From Chiloscyllium plagiosum (Eukaryota): 64,000 nt of DNA. The translations under genes and the position numbers were made by a program. The first letter of the stretch is position 1, and the number at the start of each line of letters is the position of its first letter. Of this stretch, positions 24,061 through 37,790 are shown piece after piece. The notes under the pieces are model-generated. The model did not search any database. It was not told where the DNA came from and saw only the letters and a list, made by a program, of their open reading frames with translations. The stretch lies in the NCBI RefSeq assembly GCF_004010195.1, contig NC_057718.1:86982139-87046138 (forward strand). The letters run 5' to 3'.

Positions 24061-24451
24061 AACAATTCAGCTAAAATACTAAAAGGTGAAGAATATTGAA
24101 AAATGGTTAATTGGCTCTGAAGCCTTTAATCTTAGCATCCTGTCATCTTGAAAGGTAACACAGAGACACAAATCTTCTTTTCTTTGAGGGAAGCCTTTAT
24201 CCTAGTCTCCCGATAGACGTCTAACCTGTTTCTGCCTCATTTGCCTTTTCTGTTCCTTTTATTGTCACAATACACTTAAATCATTAATAACTTTCACCAT
24301 ATGTCAAACTTCAAGAATTTTAGGGAGTAATTCTGCAGTTTCATTTTATATCAACAGAGCAGGGAGCGGGGCAGCTTAGGGCAGACAACAAAGCCCAGAG
24401 ACGGAGCTCCCTTCACAAGATTGAGAAACTGAAGGAGAAGGTACAGCCGCA

Positions 24452-24828
24452 GGTGGTTAGATACAGTGTAAAGCTCCTTTTACACTGCTCCCCCCCCCCC
24501 CCCCCCCCCCCCAAATCAAACACTCCCAGGGATAGAGAGTTAGATACAGGGTAAAGCTCTTTCTACACTGTCTTCCCCCATCAAACACTCCCAGGGTTAG
24601 GTGGTTAGGTACAGGGTAAAGCTCCTTTTGTACTGTTTTCCCCCCCCTGTCAAATACTCCCAGGGACAGAGGGTTAAATACAGGAAAAGCTCCTTCTACA
24701 CTGTCCCTCCCACATCAAACACTCCTCGGGCCGGGGGTTAGATATAGAGTAAAGCTACCTCTACACTGTCCACCCCCATCAAACACTCCCAGGGCCGGGG
24801 GTTAGGTACAGAGTAAAGCTCCCTCTAC
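24452..24828 (+). repeat. Minisatellite, about 5.5 units of roughly 65 bp
   Basis: Unit ggttagatacagNgtaaagctccYtctacactgtcccccatcaaacactcccaggg with a variable poly-C tract. Confidence 0.9.
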
Positions 24829-26509
24829 GGATTCATAAGGAGGAGGTGTTAGCAATTCTGGGAAGCGTAAAAATAGATAACTCCCCTGGGCCAGATGGGA
24901 TTTATCCTAGGATTCTCTGGGAAGCTAGGGAGGAGATTGCAGAGCCTTTGGCTTTGATCTTTATGGCGTCATTGTCTACAGGAATAGTGCAAGAAGACTG
25001 GAGAATAGCAAATGTTGTCCCCTTGTTCAAGAAGGGGAGTAGAGACAACCCTGGTAATTATATACCAGTAAGCCTTACTTCAGTTGTGGGTAAAGTGTTG
25101 GAAGGGATAATAAGAGATAGGATTTATAATCATCTAGAAAGGAATAATTTGATTAGGGATAGTCAACACAGTTTTGTGAAGGGGAGGTTGTGCCTCACAA
25201 ACCTTATTGAGTTCTTTGAGAAGATGACCAAACAGATGGATGAGGGTAAAGCAATTGATGTGGTGTATATGGATTTCAGTAAGGCATTTGATAAGATTCC
25301 CCATGGTAGACTACTGCAAAAAATACGGAGGCATGGGATTGAGGGTGATTTAGCAGTTTGGATCAGAAATTGGCTCGCTAAAAGAAGACAGAGGGTGGTT
25401 GTTGGTGGGAAGTGTTCATCCTGGAATTCACTTACTAGTGGTGTACCACAAGGATCTGTTTTGGGGCCAGTGCTGTGTGTTATTTTTATAAATGACCTGG
25501 ATGAGGGCATAGAAGTTTGGGTTAGGAAATTTGCGGATGACACTAAAGTCAGTAGAGTTGTGGACAGTGCAGAAAGATGTTGCAGGTTACAGAGGGACAT
25601 AGATAAGCCGCAGAACTGGGCTGAAAGATGGCAAATAGAGTTTAACGCCGAAAAATGTGAGGTGATTCACTTTAGAAGGAGTAACAGGAATACAGAGTAC
25701 TGGGCTAATGGTAAGATTCTTGGTAATGTAGATGAGCAGAGAGATCTTGGTGTCCATGTACATAGATCCCTGAAAGTTGCCACCCAAGTTGATAGGGTTG
25801 TTAAGAAGGCACATGGTTAGCTTTTATTCGTAGAGGAATTGAGTTTCAGAGTCATGAGGTCATGTTGCAGCTGTACAAAGCTCTAGTGCAGCCTCACTTG
25901 GATACAGTTTGCATACAGTTCTGATCATCACATTATAGGAAGGGTGTGGATGCATTGGAAAGAGTGCAGAGGGGATTTACCAGGATGTGGCCTGGTATGA
26001 AGGGAAGGTCTTATGAGGAACAGTTAAGGGATTTGAGGCTGTTTTCATTTGAGAGAAGGTTAAAAGGTTACTTAACAAAGGCATACAAGCTGATCAGAGG
26101 ATTAGAAAGGGTGGACAGTGTGAGCCTTTTTCCTTGGATGGTGATGGCTAGTATGAAGGGACGTAGCTTTAACTTGAGGGGTGATAGATATAGCACAGAT
26201 GTCAGAGGTAGGTTCTTTACTCAGAGAGTAGTAAGGGCATGGAATGTCCTGCCTGCAACAGTAGTAGACTCTCCAACTTTAAGGGCATTTAAATGATCAT
26301 TGGATAAATATATGGATGATAATGGAATAGTGTAGGTTAGATGGGCTTCAGATAGTTTCACAGGCCAGCGCAACATCGAGTCCTGCTCTTTTTGTCAATG
26401 GTATGGGATACTCCCCAATTACCTTTGTTTTGGCATTCCATGGGGCTACTTGTCCATGTTCAGTAACATGGCTGAGGAAGGTGACTGCACTGTATTGTTC
26501 TATGTTCTA
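24829..26509 (+). mobile_element. 5'-truncated CR1 LINE (same subfamily as 1409-5601); 324-aa open RT stretch at 24846-25820
   Basis: [21 protein letters not shown] and FADD. Tail tgtattgttctatgttcta. Confidence 0.92.
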
Positions 26510-27934
26510 ATATCCAAAGATGGCTTCATTTTAAAACTCCTTCATCTAAGTACACTACAACACCCATAGACATTTGATTGACTATAAACATGCAAACTTG
26601 CACTACTACATTCTGTTACAGTCTGTGTTACTTCCACCAACTAACACCTCCGTTTCTCATTCAAGTCTTGACAATGCATCGGCAAACACATTTCCTCATC
26701 ATACTACATGTAGAATTTTCAAATTGAATGGCCATAACAACAAGCTCCATTTGAAACAGTCTGGATTTTTTGTTGTTAAATTTTTCCACAAACTTAAATG
26801 GGTTATGATCAGTGTATGTGGTTGTCTCAGATACATTGCTGGTAACGTAAACATTGAAATGTTGTAACACCAACACCGAGCTCAAAATCTCATTCTCAAC
26901 TGTCGAATATTTCTGCTGATGAATGTTCAATTTCCTGGAGAAATACCCAATAGGTTTTTCTATTTTCTCATTGTCTTCCTGTAAGAGCTCAGCACTGACA
27001 CCCACATCACTCATATCGATAGCCACCTTGAATGGCTTTGCATAATTAGATGTAGCTAACACTGGGGCAGTGGTTAAATCCGATTTCAGATTGTTAAATG
27101 CCTTTTGACATCCCGCTGTCTACTGGAACGTCTTGCCTTTCTTTAACAATTCAGTGAGGGGAGCAGCCACACTGCTAAAATTTGGTACGGATTTTCAATA
27201 AAATCCAATCAATCCCAGGAATTGTAATCCTGCTCTTTTTGTCAATGGTATGGGAAACTCCCCAATTACCTTTGTTTTGGCATTCTATGGGGCTACTTGT
27301 CCATGTTCAGTAACATGGCTGAGGAAGGTGACTTGGGCTTGGGCAAATTCACTTTTAGCCAGATTTATCACCAAGCCTGCCTCCTGAAGTCAAACAATTC
27401 TGATAAATGTTGCAAATGTTCTGTCCATATATGACTAAAAATCATCTATATATACAGCACAATTGGGTAACTCTGACCTTATTGGTTTGTCTTTGAAATG
27501 TGGCTGGCGCATTTTTCATTCCAAACAGTATGACTTTAAACTTAAACAGTCCATTCGGCATTACGAAAGCCGAAATTGTCTTCCCTCTTTCGTACAAAGA
27601 TACCTTACCAGTATCCTCTGAGCAAGTCCAACTTAGAAATATCAGTTGCTTGTCCCAACTTTTCAACACAGTCTTCCAAACGTGGAATCGGATATGCATC
27701 AGTCTTTGTAACTCCATTGACTTTGCGATAGTCCACACATAACCATTGGATACCATCTGGTTTTGGCACCAATACTATTGGTGAGCTCTAGTCACTGTAA
27801 CTCACTTTGATTATGTTGCCTTGGAGCATGTGCTGAATCTCCTTTTGAACCTGTGCCAACTTTAAAGGATTACGCCTATAAGGATGTTGCTTAATTGGAA
27901 CAGCATCTCCTACATTTCCATAATGCACAATTAG

Positions 27935-28039
27935 AGGAGAAAGTGAGGACTGCAGATGCTGGAGATCAGAGCTGAAAATGTGTTGCTGGAAAAGCGCAGC
28001 AGGTCAGCTGCGCGCTTTTCCAGCAACACATTTTCAGAT
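27935..28039. mobile_element. Short PLE foldback insertion within Gypsy pol
   Basis: ctgaaaatgtgttgctggaaaagcgc / gcgcttttccagcaacacattttcag inverted arms. TSD-like atgcaYaattag on both sides. Confidence 0.8.
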
Positions 28040-30996
28040 CATGCATAATTAGGTTAGTACTTGCTAGCTTATTTCCACATATCTCGCCATGCGATAGCAA
28101 TAACTCTTTCAGGTCATTTTGATTTTCCTCTGGAAGGTAACTCAATAATTTATCCCAATTTTTCACAACTTTCTCATTGTCCAGTTTAATTTGAAGAATG
28201 TCCAATTCAGAATCCACTGAACTTGGTTCTTCACTCTGTTGTAACCAATAACACATTCTCCTTTGGTTTTCCTCTGCTATCAAAATATCTTTTGAGAATG
28301 TTCACATGATTCATCCTGTGAGATTTCTTTCTGTCTGGAGTTCTTACCAAATAGTTCACCTCACTCAACCTCTTTTGACTTGATATGGTCCACTAAACCT
28401 TGCTTTTTAAGGTTCACTGTCACCTTATCTCCGATAGCAAAATTGTGTGTTATTGATTTCTTGTCTGATTCCTGTTTCATAGTATGCTATGAAACATTTA
28501 TATACTGTCTAGCCAACTCTCTGCTCTATTTAATAGTTCCCTAAAATCTCACACATAGTCCAAATATGTGATCTCTGAATTCTGACTTATCAATTTCTCC
28601 TCAATCAATTTCAGTGATCCTCTCACTTCATGCCCAAAAACTAATTCAAATGAACTGAATTGGTTGATTCATTTGGTGCATCTCTGATCACAAAAAGCAC
28701 AAACGGAATTCCCTTATCCCAATCATCTGGATAGTCTTGACTATAAGCCTTGAACATGGTCTTTAACATTTGACGCCATCTTTCTAGCACTCCCAGTGAT
28801 TCTGGATGGTACACAGTAGATTTGAATTGTTTTATTCCCAAGCTGTCCATAACTTCCTTGAATAATTTTGATGTGAAATTTGATTCTTGATTTGTTGTAC
28901 CAAGTGAAAAATTTGAGTAACTCCTCTACAGTCCGAGCTGTGATATTGCGTAATGGAACAGTCTCTGGAAATCTAGTGGACACATCCATTATTGTTAACA
29001 AATACTGATTCCCACTTTTTGTTTTAGGCAGGCATCCTACACAGTCAATTAAGACTCTTGTGAAAGGTTTCTCAAATGCAGAAATAGGTATTAAAGGTGC
29101 GGGTTTTATTACTGCTTGAGGTTCTCCAATTACCTGACATGTATGCCTTGTCTGGCAAAATTCAACAGCATCCTTCTGTAGTCCAGGCCAGTAAAATTGT
29201 TTTGTATTTTAGTTTGAGTTTTTCTCACCCTTAAATGACCCCTGCTGGTAGTTCTCCTTTCTACAATCCATTGGCAATACGACTCGTTGAACTTCTGCCA
29301 TTTCTCATATGCCTGAATATGTGATGGTCTCCATTTCCTCAGTAAGACATCATTTTAAAGGTAGTAGCACATTGGGATACATTTAGATTCTTCTTCAGTG
29401 TATACCTTTTGATACAATTGGTTTAGTTTCTCATCTTTCTGCTGCAACTCAGATAATTTCTCTGAACTAAAGATGTCTTCTTTGTCATTTATCTGCTCCT
29501 GGTTTGTCTCAACCAGGATCAAACAGGGTCACTGCTAATTCCACTTCAACTTTCTTCTCTATACTCTTTGATCTCTCCTGTTTAAACTCGTGAATTTATG
29601 ACATTATTAGTACACAGTTGGGAAAAATACCATGGTATGTATCCGGCAGTAGTTCGGTTGCCTGAGTTTCCACTGGCTTTTCAACCACAATAGGCAGCAC
29701 TCCTACCTGTGAACCAGCTATATCGTTAGCAAGGACAATTTATATTCCTGGAGCTGAGAGTTTGTCCAGTATTTCTGCCACGACTTCTCCATTCATCACT
29801 TAACATAATTTGGGTGCTTCTTGTCTCACCATGAATTCCTGTTACTTGCACTTTTTCTAGCAACAACCCTTCTGAGGTATATATCTCCTCATCTTTCAAC
29901 ATCACGGGTAGAGAGGATCCTGCATCTCTTAATATTGTAATCTCTTTACCAGCTGCTCCTGGCCAATGCGAGTAAACTTTATCTTCGCAGGTAAGAAGAC
30001 CTGGCACTTCCTCCTTAACCAATCTCCGACCAGCTCGTACATTCTGGTGCAGCTTTCTAGCCTCCACTGTGCTTTCCATTACCACTCCAACAAAATTCAC
30101 TAGCTTATCCTATTTTCCTACATCTGGCTTCCCAATACTTTTCCTAACCCACCAACACTGTGATTTCACATGGCCTACTTTATTGTAGTGAAAACACCGG
30201 AGCTTTTTAACTTTCCTTTGCCCTTCAAGGATTTCCTTCTTACCCTGTGGTTAGTTATCATTGTGATCTTCACCGAGATCTATCTTTCCCCAGTTTCTAA
30301 AACTCACCGATTGAAATTGATGTTGAAAGCCAAACTTTGATTTATGGGCCAACTCATAATCACCAGCCATTTCAGCTGCTAATCTTGCCGTTTTAACTGT
30401 CTGCTCTTCCATATGAGTTCTCACTACCTCAGGAAGGGAATTTTTGAACTCCTGTCTGAGTCATACCTTCTGAAGTTCAAACTCCCTCTCTTTCTTCTGT
30501 TCCTCTCTCTCCTTTCTCTCTCTTTCTCTTTTTCTTTTTGTTCTGCTAAAGTGACTCATTCTTTTTCTCTTTCCTCTGCTTTTAGTCGTAATTCAAATTG
30601 TTTCATCTCTTTTGCCCTTTCCTTGTCTTTTGCCTCAAACTCAAGCTGCTTCATTTTCAATTGTATTTTAGCCTTCTCTAAAAATTCTGATGGTGTTTCC
30701 AGCAAATTTAAATGCTAAACTGTTGCTGTAATTATCTCTCCTTTTCTTATGGATGGAGGTAACTCAAACTCCAGCTTGACTGCCAATTCCAATAGCTTTG
30801 CCTTGTTCACCTTTTGTAAAACCCCCAAAGTCACTTCTTCCACCTCCAGAAAACTCTTAGTTACTGAAAGAGCCATTACTACACCAAGCATTGTTCAAAC
30901 CAACCGAAATCAACACTCAGAACAAAGACACTAACACCTACCACTTGCAGCCTTTGAGTCCAGCAACTGTAATCCCAGTTTGGAACTATAGAATAA

Positions 30997-31015
30997 ATCC
31001 TGGAAAGAGCCTCCA
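30997..31015 (-). promoter_or_regulatory. Degenerate tRNA-Pro primer binding site
   Basis: TGGAGGCTCTTTCCAGGAT versus canonical TGGGGGCTCGTCCGGGAT, 3 nt inside the LTR end. Confidence 0.6.
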
Positions 31016-31018
31016 GTC

Positions 31019-31541
31019 TGTTGTGGATCAGGCCAGACCCCCCCCCCCCACTCCTCCTCAAAACATTTCAAGAAGTAGACCAGACCTTAACTTTTTCAGT
31101 TGTTTTGAGCAAGTGTAACATGGATATTCCAGAAGTGATGCTGGTAAAAACCCCTTGGTTTCAAACAAAATAGAATTTATTTACACAGTACTGAATGAAA
31201 CACAAAAAAAGAACAGAATACAGAATAACTTAATCTATCTGAAAACCCAATACACTATCCTAACTTAATGATGCTGTTCCAAATTCCTGCAACAATTCCC
31301 ATAAATGCCCCTTGGTTAAAAAAGGTAAAATCAAACACGGTCTTACAGGAGAGGGAGAGATGGCAAAGAGATTCAACTTGGAGTACTTTCTTCTATGTAG
31401 CTGTTTCTTTGACCAGCTTAAACCGACTAGCAACTCTAAACAGCCAGACTGCTAATTCCAAAACAAACCAGAGAAAAGCTGAGCTCCCCTTTTGAAAAAA
31501 CAAGGACAACCTAATCTTGTTAAAGGAGTAGCATTGTGACA
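31019..31541 (-). repeat. 5' LTR of the Gypsy element
   Basis: TGT...ACA termini, followed on the minus strand by a PBS-like sequence. Confidence 0.7.
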
Positions 31542-31734
31542 ACCACCACACCGTTACAGAAAAAATACTCCTTTACTAGATTCATAAGTCTATGATTGTG
31601 TGGACGTAGTGCTTACTTCAATTAAAAGAAAGACTAACAAGATAATTATTATTGTATTATCAGAGAGAAGGACAAATTTCTAATAATGCCTGTGCTATTT
31701 TTAAAACAGATTTCTTCTGTTTTGTCTTCATCAG

Positions 31735-31935
31735 ATGATGCGATGGATTATCAGTGAAATCATAATGCTATGGCACACCTGCCAGGACACTAAGTTAAAT
31801 GATAAGAGCTTGCTGGAGGCAATGGGATCTCCCTGGAAACCTTGGGAGCACATATATGCCCTTTGTAAGGCTTCAAAAGGACACACACCTCTTTACAACA
31901 GTTATGGAAAGTATGTAGTGAAGCTGTACTGGATG
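31735..31935 (+). CDS. ADGB: Androglobin internal exon (MMRWIISEI...[35 protein letters not shown])
   Basis: Polypyrimidine tract and tcAG acceptor, GTaaga donor, 201 nt, phase 0-0. Calpain-like GKYVVKLYW motif. Confidence 0.95.
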
Positions 31936-34235
31936 GTAAGAGTTTCAATTATCATGAACTTAAGACCACCTTTTCTAACCAAAAAGAAATTACAATATAT
32001 CCTTGAATTTGTAATTATAAAATCTACTTGATAATTCACACATTTATTTTGTTATCTAATTGAGAATTAGTTTGGAGTAGAGCAATACATTTAAGAATGT
32101 AAATTTAACTATAGAATATGGTAACCCATGAACGCATCCTCATTACCTTTAATAATAGTTTAAAGTATTGCAATATTACTATTTTAGTGTAGAATAAAAA
32201 TAATTAACAGTTAAGAGAAATAAGAAAAAGACAATATTTGGTCACATTGCATATATGTTTATATTTCTCACATTTAAAAATATGTGATGCAAAGTATGAT
32301 GTTAAACGTACATAATGTACTGATCCTGGAGAGGCTGGACCTTGGGTAGGTGTCTCATCCAAGGGGAATGTGAAACAAAATTTGTGTGTTTAAGTTGAGT
32401 AAGGGTAGTTTCTTAAAATGGAGGGCTATTAAAATACTCAGTATTGTTGTGTGGTTGGTCAGTCTCCCTTTATTATTAGATATATTGCTGGTTTTTCCAC
32501 ATCCTTTTTATAGCTAAACACACTAGCCTAGATATTCACAGAGTTGTAGAGACTCTGCACCTTGTCTGTAGTGATGCTGGGACCCCAAAACCAAAAATTC
32601 CTCCTTCACCTCCGACAGATTCTATTTTCACTGGTAGGAGAACATGATCAGGAGATGGCTCTCACATGAAGTTAATCTGAACTCAGCAGGGTTATTTGAA
32701 CTGAGTACCGAGTTCAAAAGAGCCCCATTTTTGCTGGAGCTGAGGGCTTAATCTTACCTTAACTCATGGGCTGTTAATACCCTTTATATATACCTATTAT
32801 TTCTGGACTTAGTTATTCAAACACACTCCTGCTTTGCCTGCCACACTCTTCTGAAATAGACTAATAAACCCCTCAGTTCATTTAAGAGTGGGTAAAGATT
32901 AAATGTTGGTCAATGACACCTCCATTCCAAGAATGAATAAGTTAAAGAGTAAATATCTCCTCAGAGTTGAGATATAAGTTGTACTGAGTAGCTCGAAGGA
33001 ATTTAAATAGACAGAAAATATATAACCTCCTGCCAGGAGTTTGGTGCCCATTTCTGTGAGACAACAGATATGTTTCGACAAAGATAGGTTAGACACTTAA
33101 AGCTCTATAAAACTCAATTAATTTATTAAATAATTAGGGTGACTGATTATGTAGAGAGATCTCAACCATCAACCTTTCCTACCCTGGGTTCTGTAACCAA
33201 CCCCAAATGTTATTACCCTGAAAAGGTGGCAGCTGACCAGGCTGGAACATTTCTCAGCATCTTCACCATGTCTCCTGACAAAGGGTATTGCTTTGTGATT
33301 ATTACTTTCCAAAGTTAATGCCAAAGGAAGCCTTATTTGGAATTATCTGTGAACGTGACCAAATCCTGAATGTTTTGTCATAATTCAGTGGACACAGCAG
33401 TTGGTGATTTCCTGCGGTCTTAGCTCTCAGGTGGACCGCAGGGCATTTGGTGGAATTTCAAGTCAATTAACAACATCTGGAATTCAAACCTTGCCTCATT
33501 TATGGTCACCATGAAATTATTGTCAACTGTTATAAAAACCCACCTGGTTCATGGATATCTTTTAGAGAAGGAAATCTGTAATCCTTACGCAGTCTGACCC
33601 ACAACAATGCCATTAGCTCTTAACTGTTCCCTGAAGTGGCATAGTAACCCACCCAGTTCAAGCGCAATTGAAGATGGGCAACAAATGCTGCTTTGCCAGC
33701 ACAATAGGTGGATCTGACAGCTAGTGTTTAATTCCTCGTGAATTTGGTCATTTCATTCTAAGCAAAGATTCAACATGCAATTCCTGCTCAGTGATTCCAA
33801 ATCAGCCCTCAAAGCTTTTTGTCCTAGGCAAAGATTGCCTTCTTACAGACTGCTCCCAAGCTGACTTTCCCACCGAAAGTGAAATCAGCAGAGATAAGTT
33901 GAGATCAAGGAAAAGCCTTTCAACAATCTCCATAGTATTATGACATAAATGATCTGTTTCCAGATAGAAATGCAAATCAATTAGCTTTAACTTTAAACTT
34001 TTCCTCAGATCTGAAAAGTCAATCGATACACTAACTCAACTTGTTTAGAAGTTATCTTCAGCCCTTCTTTGATCTGGGATAGCAACGAGAATAATTTGCC
34101 CTCTTCTGACTTTGAGACCGGAGAAGCCAGATTGTCTCCTCACAATATTTCATCAGGCTCTCCTAATGTTGAACTTCCAAAATCACACACATTTACTAAC
34201 ATTACATGGGCCTTTTTTTGCTTTGTAATTAACAA

Positions 34236-34745
34236 AGCCTGGAGATAGTGAGGACTGCAGATGCTGGAAAATCAGAGTCAGTGGCAGCACGGTGGCTCAG
34301 CAGTTAGCACTGCTGCCTCACAGCACCAGGGTCCAAGGTTCAATTCCAGCCTTGGGTGATTGTGTGGAGTTTGCACATTCTCCCGTGTCTGTGTGGGTTT
34401 CCTCTGGGTGCTCCCGTTTCCTCCCACAGTCCAAAGGTGTGCAGGTCAGGTGAATTGGCCATGCTAAATTGCCTGTGGTGTTAGGTGCATCAGTCAGAGG
34501 GAAATGGGTCTGGGTGGGTCACTCTTCGGAGGGTCGGTGTGGACTGGTTGGGCCGAAGGGCCTGTTTCCACATTGTAAGTAATCGAATCTAATAAAATGT
34601 GGAGCTGAAAAAAGCACAGCATATCAAGTCGCATCAGAAGAGCAGGAGAGTCAATTTTTCAGACAGGACCCTTCATCAGGACGACTCTTGTGTTTTCTGA
34701 TGCTGCTTGACCTGCTGTGCTTTTTACCAGCTCCACATTTTATTG
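34236..34745. mobile_element. PLE foldback remnant interrupted by a SINE
   Basis: gtgaggactgcagatgctgga terminus. Inverted aataaaatgtggagctg / cagctccacattttatt. Confidence 0.7.
34281..34593 (+). mobile_element. HE1-like V-SINE
   Basis: Same head, V-domain and ggccgaagggcctgtttccac tail as 22475-22791. Confidence 0.88.
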
Positions 34746-34869
34746 AAATCACCAACCCTGTCTACCACTCCTCAGATCAGATATTCTTCCATCCGTCCTA
34801 CATTTTAAAAATACCATTTCAAATGTCATAAATAATCTTAAAAGTGTATTTTCAACTTGGTCTCTTTGG

Positions 34870-35265
34870 AACATTGGTGTCATGTTGGATTCTGAAATGA
34901 GTTTTTGATGTTATATTTGTGCTATCACGAAGACTACCTATTGCCACCATCATAACATCAACAGACTTAGTCCCTAACTCTGCTCATCCGTTGCTAATAC
35001 CCTCATGCATGCCTTCATTACACCTAGAATTGACTATTTCAGCACAATCCAAGTTGGTTTCTCACATTCCACCCTCTGTAAACTTGAAGTCGTCCAAAAC
35101 TCAGCTGCCAATGCCTTAATTTGCAGTAACTGCTGTTTTCTTAACTGTTTCTCTAACACCCAATATTCGTTGATTTATATTAACTCCTGGTTAAGCATCT
35201 CTTGACTTTAAAATTCTCATCCTTGTTTACAAATCACTCCAAGACAATTCTCACTTCTGACTTCT
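34870..35265 (+). mobile_element. Old L2 LINE 3' fragment
   Basis: HAFITPRIDY and KLEVVQNSAA, typical of the L2 ORF2 C-terminus. Confidence 0.65.
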
Positions 35266-35269
35266 AGAC

Positions 35270-35612
35270 TTCACTCCAGTACAGTACCAAATGGCTACTC
35301 AACTATCAAGATGTTATCATTCAATTGAAATATTAACTGATTCCCATAGGATGAACACAGGATTTGAAGCACAATTTTAAAAACGAACAAAGAAACACTT
35401 TGATCTGAGCAACATATATATCTCAATAAACATCTCAAAAATAACAGATGATCTGGTCAAAGGCAAATGGCTATTTGCAGGAATTGATGCACAATTTAGT
35501 TACCACATTTCCTTTATTACAATAGTGATTTGCACTTCACGAGTACCTAATTTGTGCAAGGATTTTGAGATATCCAAAGATTATGAAAGGTGCAATATAA
35601 ATGTGAATTTTC
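35270..35612 (+). mobile_element. Degraded Deu-domain SINE (AmnSINE1/SacSINE1-like)
   Basis: cactccagtacagtac...aacagatgatctggtca...tgaaaggtgcaatataaatgt resembles the recalled DeuSINE body and tail. Confidence 0.55.
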
Positions 35613-37541
35613 ATTATTGTAAAACATAGCAGTAGCTGTCCTGTAATGTTGTAAAGACCAGTCAAGACTGAGTACATTACTCAGTTAAAGTTCTAAGATA
35701 GTTGTATCAGAGCATGTTACTATCAGCTATTGGCTATGGTTAAATAGAAAATTGTTGGTGAAATTTGGAAAACGGAGAGTATGGTAGGATGGAGCATTGG
35801 AGTTGGAAATGAAACAAAAGAGGAACAAAATCACAATGTAGCAGAGATTTTCAAATCTTATTTCACATTGTCACCTCATGGTTTGAGCTTGTAACTGCAT
35901 GTAGATTCAAACCCAGTTATTTTTAATAGAATTGAAGTCATAGATAATTTTAAAAGGCAGGAAAAATAACTGAAGTTGTACTATATGAGCAATTACAGTG
36001 TCATCATCTTCTTGAAATGAGAGTAGCTTCTGCCAAATTACACGGTTTGTCTATCCTCAGATGAGTCAGTAGGTTAATTCTGAAGACTCTGGGCTTGAGA
36101 AATGAAAGGCAAGAGTTGCCCTGAGCAAAGGGAATTTTAGAACCAGATTTTTGCTCTCTCTTCTGCTTTTGCCATTTTTCTGCATTAGAGTTTAAATGGT
36201 TAGTTTTTGACTGTTGAATGAAATGCTACCACATGGTAAGGGTTACAGCAAGTGCTTTCCATGCACTAATGTGAGTTTGCAATTGAAAATATCACAGCAG
36301 TGACCTTTCTGAAAAGTCACCATCAAGGAAACGATTCAGTACACCATTAGCAGTCCTTTTACTGTCTTCCAAAAATGGTGCAACTGAGTCTTTGGGAAAG
36401 ATGTCTCCATAAGAGGACAGATTATTTAGTCTACTTGTTATTGTTGTCATCATATTTCTATATGGCATTGAAAGTGGGGTTATAAATCAAAGGCACTTTC
36501 AAGCACTGGAGAATGCCTGTGCAAGATACTCGAAGTCAAGCCAGAAGATAAATGGACAACTCCAGCATTCTCACCAGAGCCAATTCCTAAGGTATTGCAA
36601 CCTTGGCCATGCAAAATCAATTGTGCTGATCTCCACACTGCTAAGTAATTGACTTCTAAAACTGATCGTTTTCTCAAGACGTCTGGATGACACCTGATCT
36701 CAAGGAGGTCAGAGAAAATGTTTTAAGGACACGCTGAAATCTTCATTTATCATGTAGGTAATTATGTCAGTAGACCGGTCCAGAGAATGAAAGTTAAAAT
36801 TCCACCACAGCTGTTTGAAAATTTTTACTCGGGTAAAAATTCAAAATCTAAAAGCTCTTAACGATAAAAGTGATCATGAAGCTGCCATTAAAAACACAAC
36901 TGATTCACACCTGTTTTTTTAGACTAGCGAGTATGACATCCTTACCCAGGTTTATGTGTGACTCTAGCTCCACACAAACATGGTTGTTACTTCAATGACT
37001 TTGGAAAAAGCCTAGATAGACATTGAATTGTATCAACCTGCCATTGGTTCAAAGGGAAGCCCCTACCACCACTTCATGCTCTCCTACCTCCTGAGAATAA
37101 TTTTTTGAAAACATGGACAAACATTTATTATGCCTCCTGTACAGATGCTGCTGGCACTACAACGAGAACATAATTTATTTATATAATGCTTTTAAAATAC
37201 CTCAAGATACTTCACAGGAGTGTGGCAAAAAAATGATACTGAACCATATAAGAAGAGACTAGGTCAGGTAATCAAAGGCTCAGTTAAAGAGGTCGATATC
37301 AAGGAGTATCTTATAGGAAGAAAGGAGGTTTGATAGAGTAGCGTAGAAAGACAATCCCACAACAATGTGCAAGTCAACTGAAACGCCACCAATAAGAAGA
37401 AGAAAGTGCAGTGAATAAAAACAGAGAGGTTTAAGAGACCAGAGAGTTATGGGGTTGAGGATTTTACAGAGATACAGGGTGGGATTTAATGCCCTTCTCC
37501 TGCCATGATAAATTTGGTGTTGAGAGGGCATTTAACCAGGC

Positions 37542-37790
37542 GAGTCATTGAGATGTACAGCACAAAAGCAGACCCTTCGGTCCAACTTGTCCATGCCGAC
37601 CAGATATTCCAACCCCAATCTAGTCCCACCTGCCAGCACCCGGCCCATATCCCTCCAAACCCTTCCTCTTCATATACCCATCCAGATGCCTTTTCAATAT
37701 TGCAATTGTACTGGCCTCCACCACTTCCTCTGGCAGCTCATTCCATTAATGTACCACCCTCTGCATGAAAAAGTTGCCCCTTAGGTCTCC
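37542..37790 (-). mobile_element. CR1 subfamily C 3' fragment
   Basis: Near-identical to 12500-12730. Confidence 0.85.

Larger units (their letters stand above)
26510..31541 (-). mobile_element. Gmr1-like Ty3/Gypsy LTR retrotransposon, decayed, 3' LTR not seen
   Basis: Minus-strand order: gag with CCHC-like knuckle (about 30160-30200), protease ILRDAGSS (about 29930), integrase (LTIMDVSTRFPE, YHPESLGVLERW), RT (FGMKNAPATFQR), RNase H (PIGYFSRKL, YTDHNP). Confidence 0.9.

Noticed and set aside
24846..25820. 324-aa RT ORF as an active or domesticated gene
   Set aside because: 5'-truncated CR1 with no endonuclease, and with frameshifts and stops immediately downstream.
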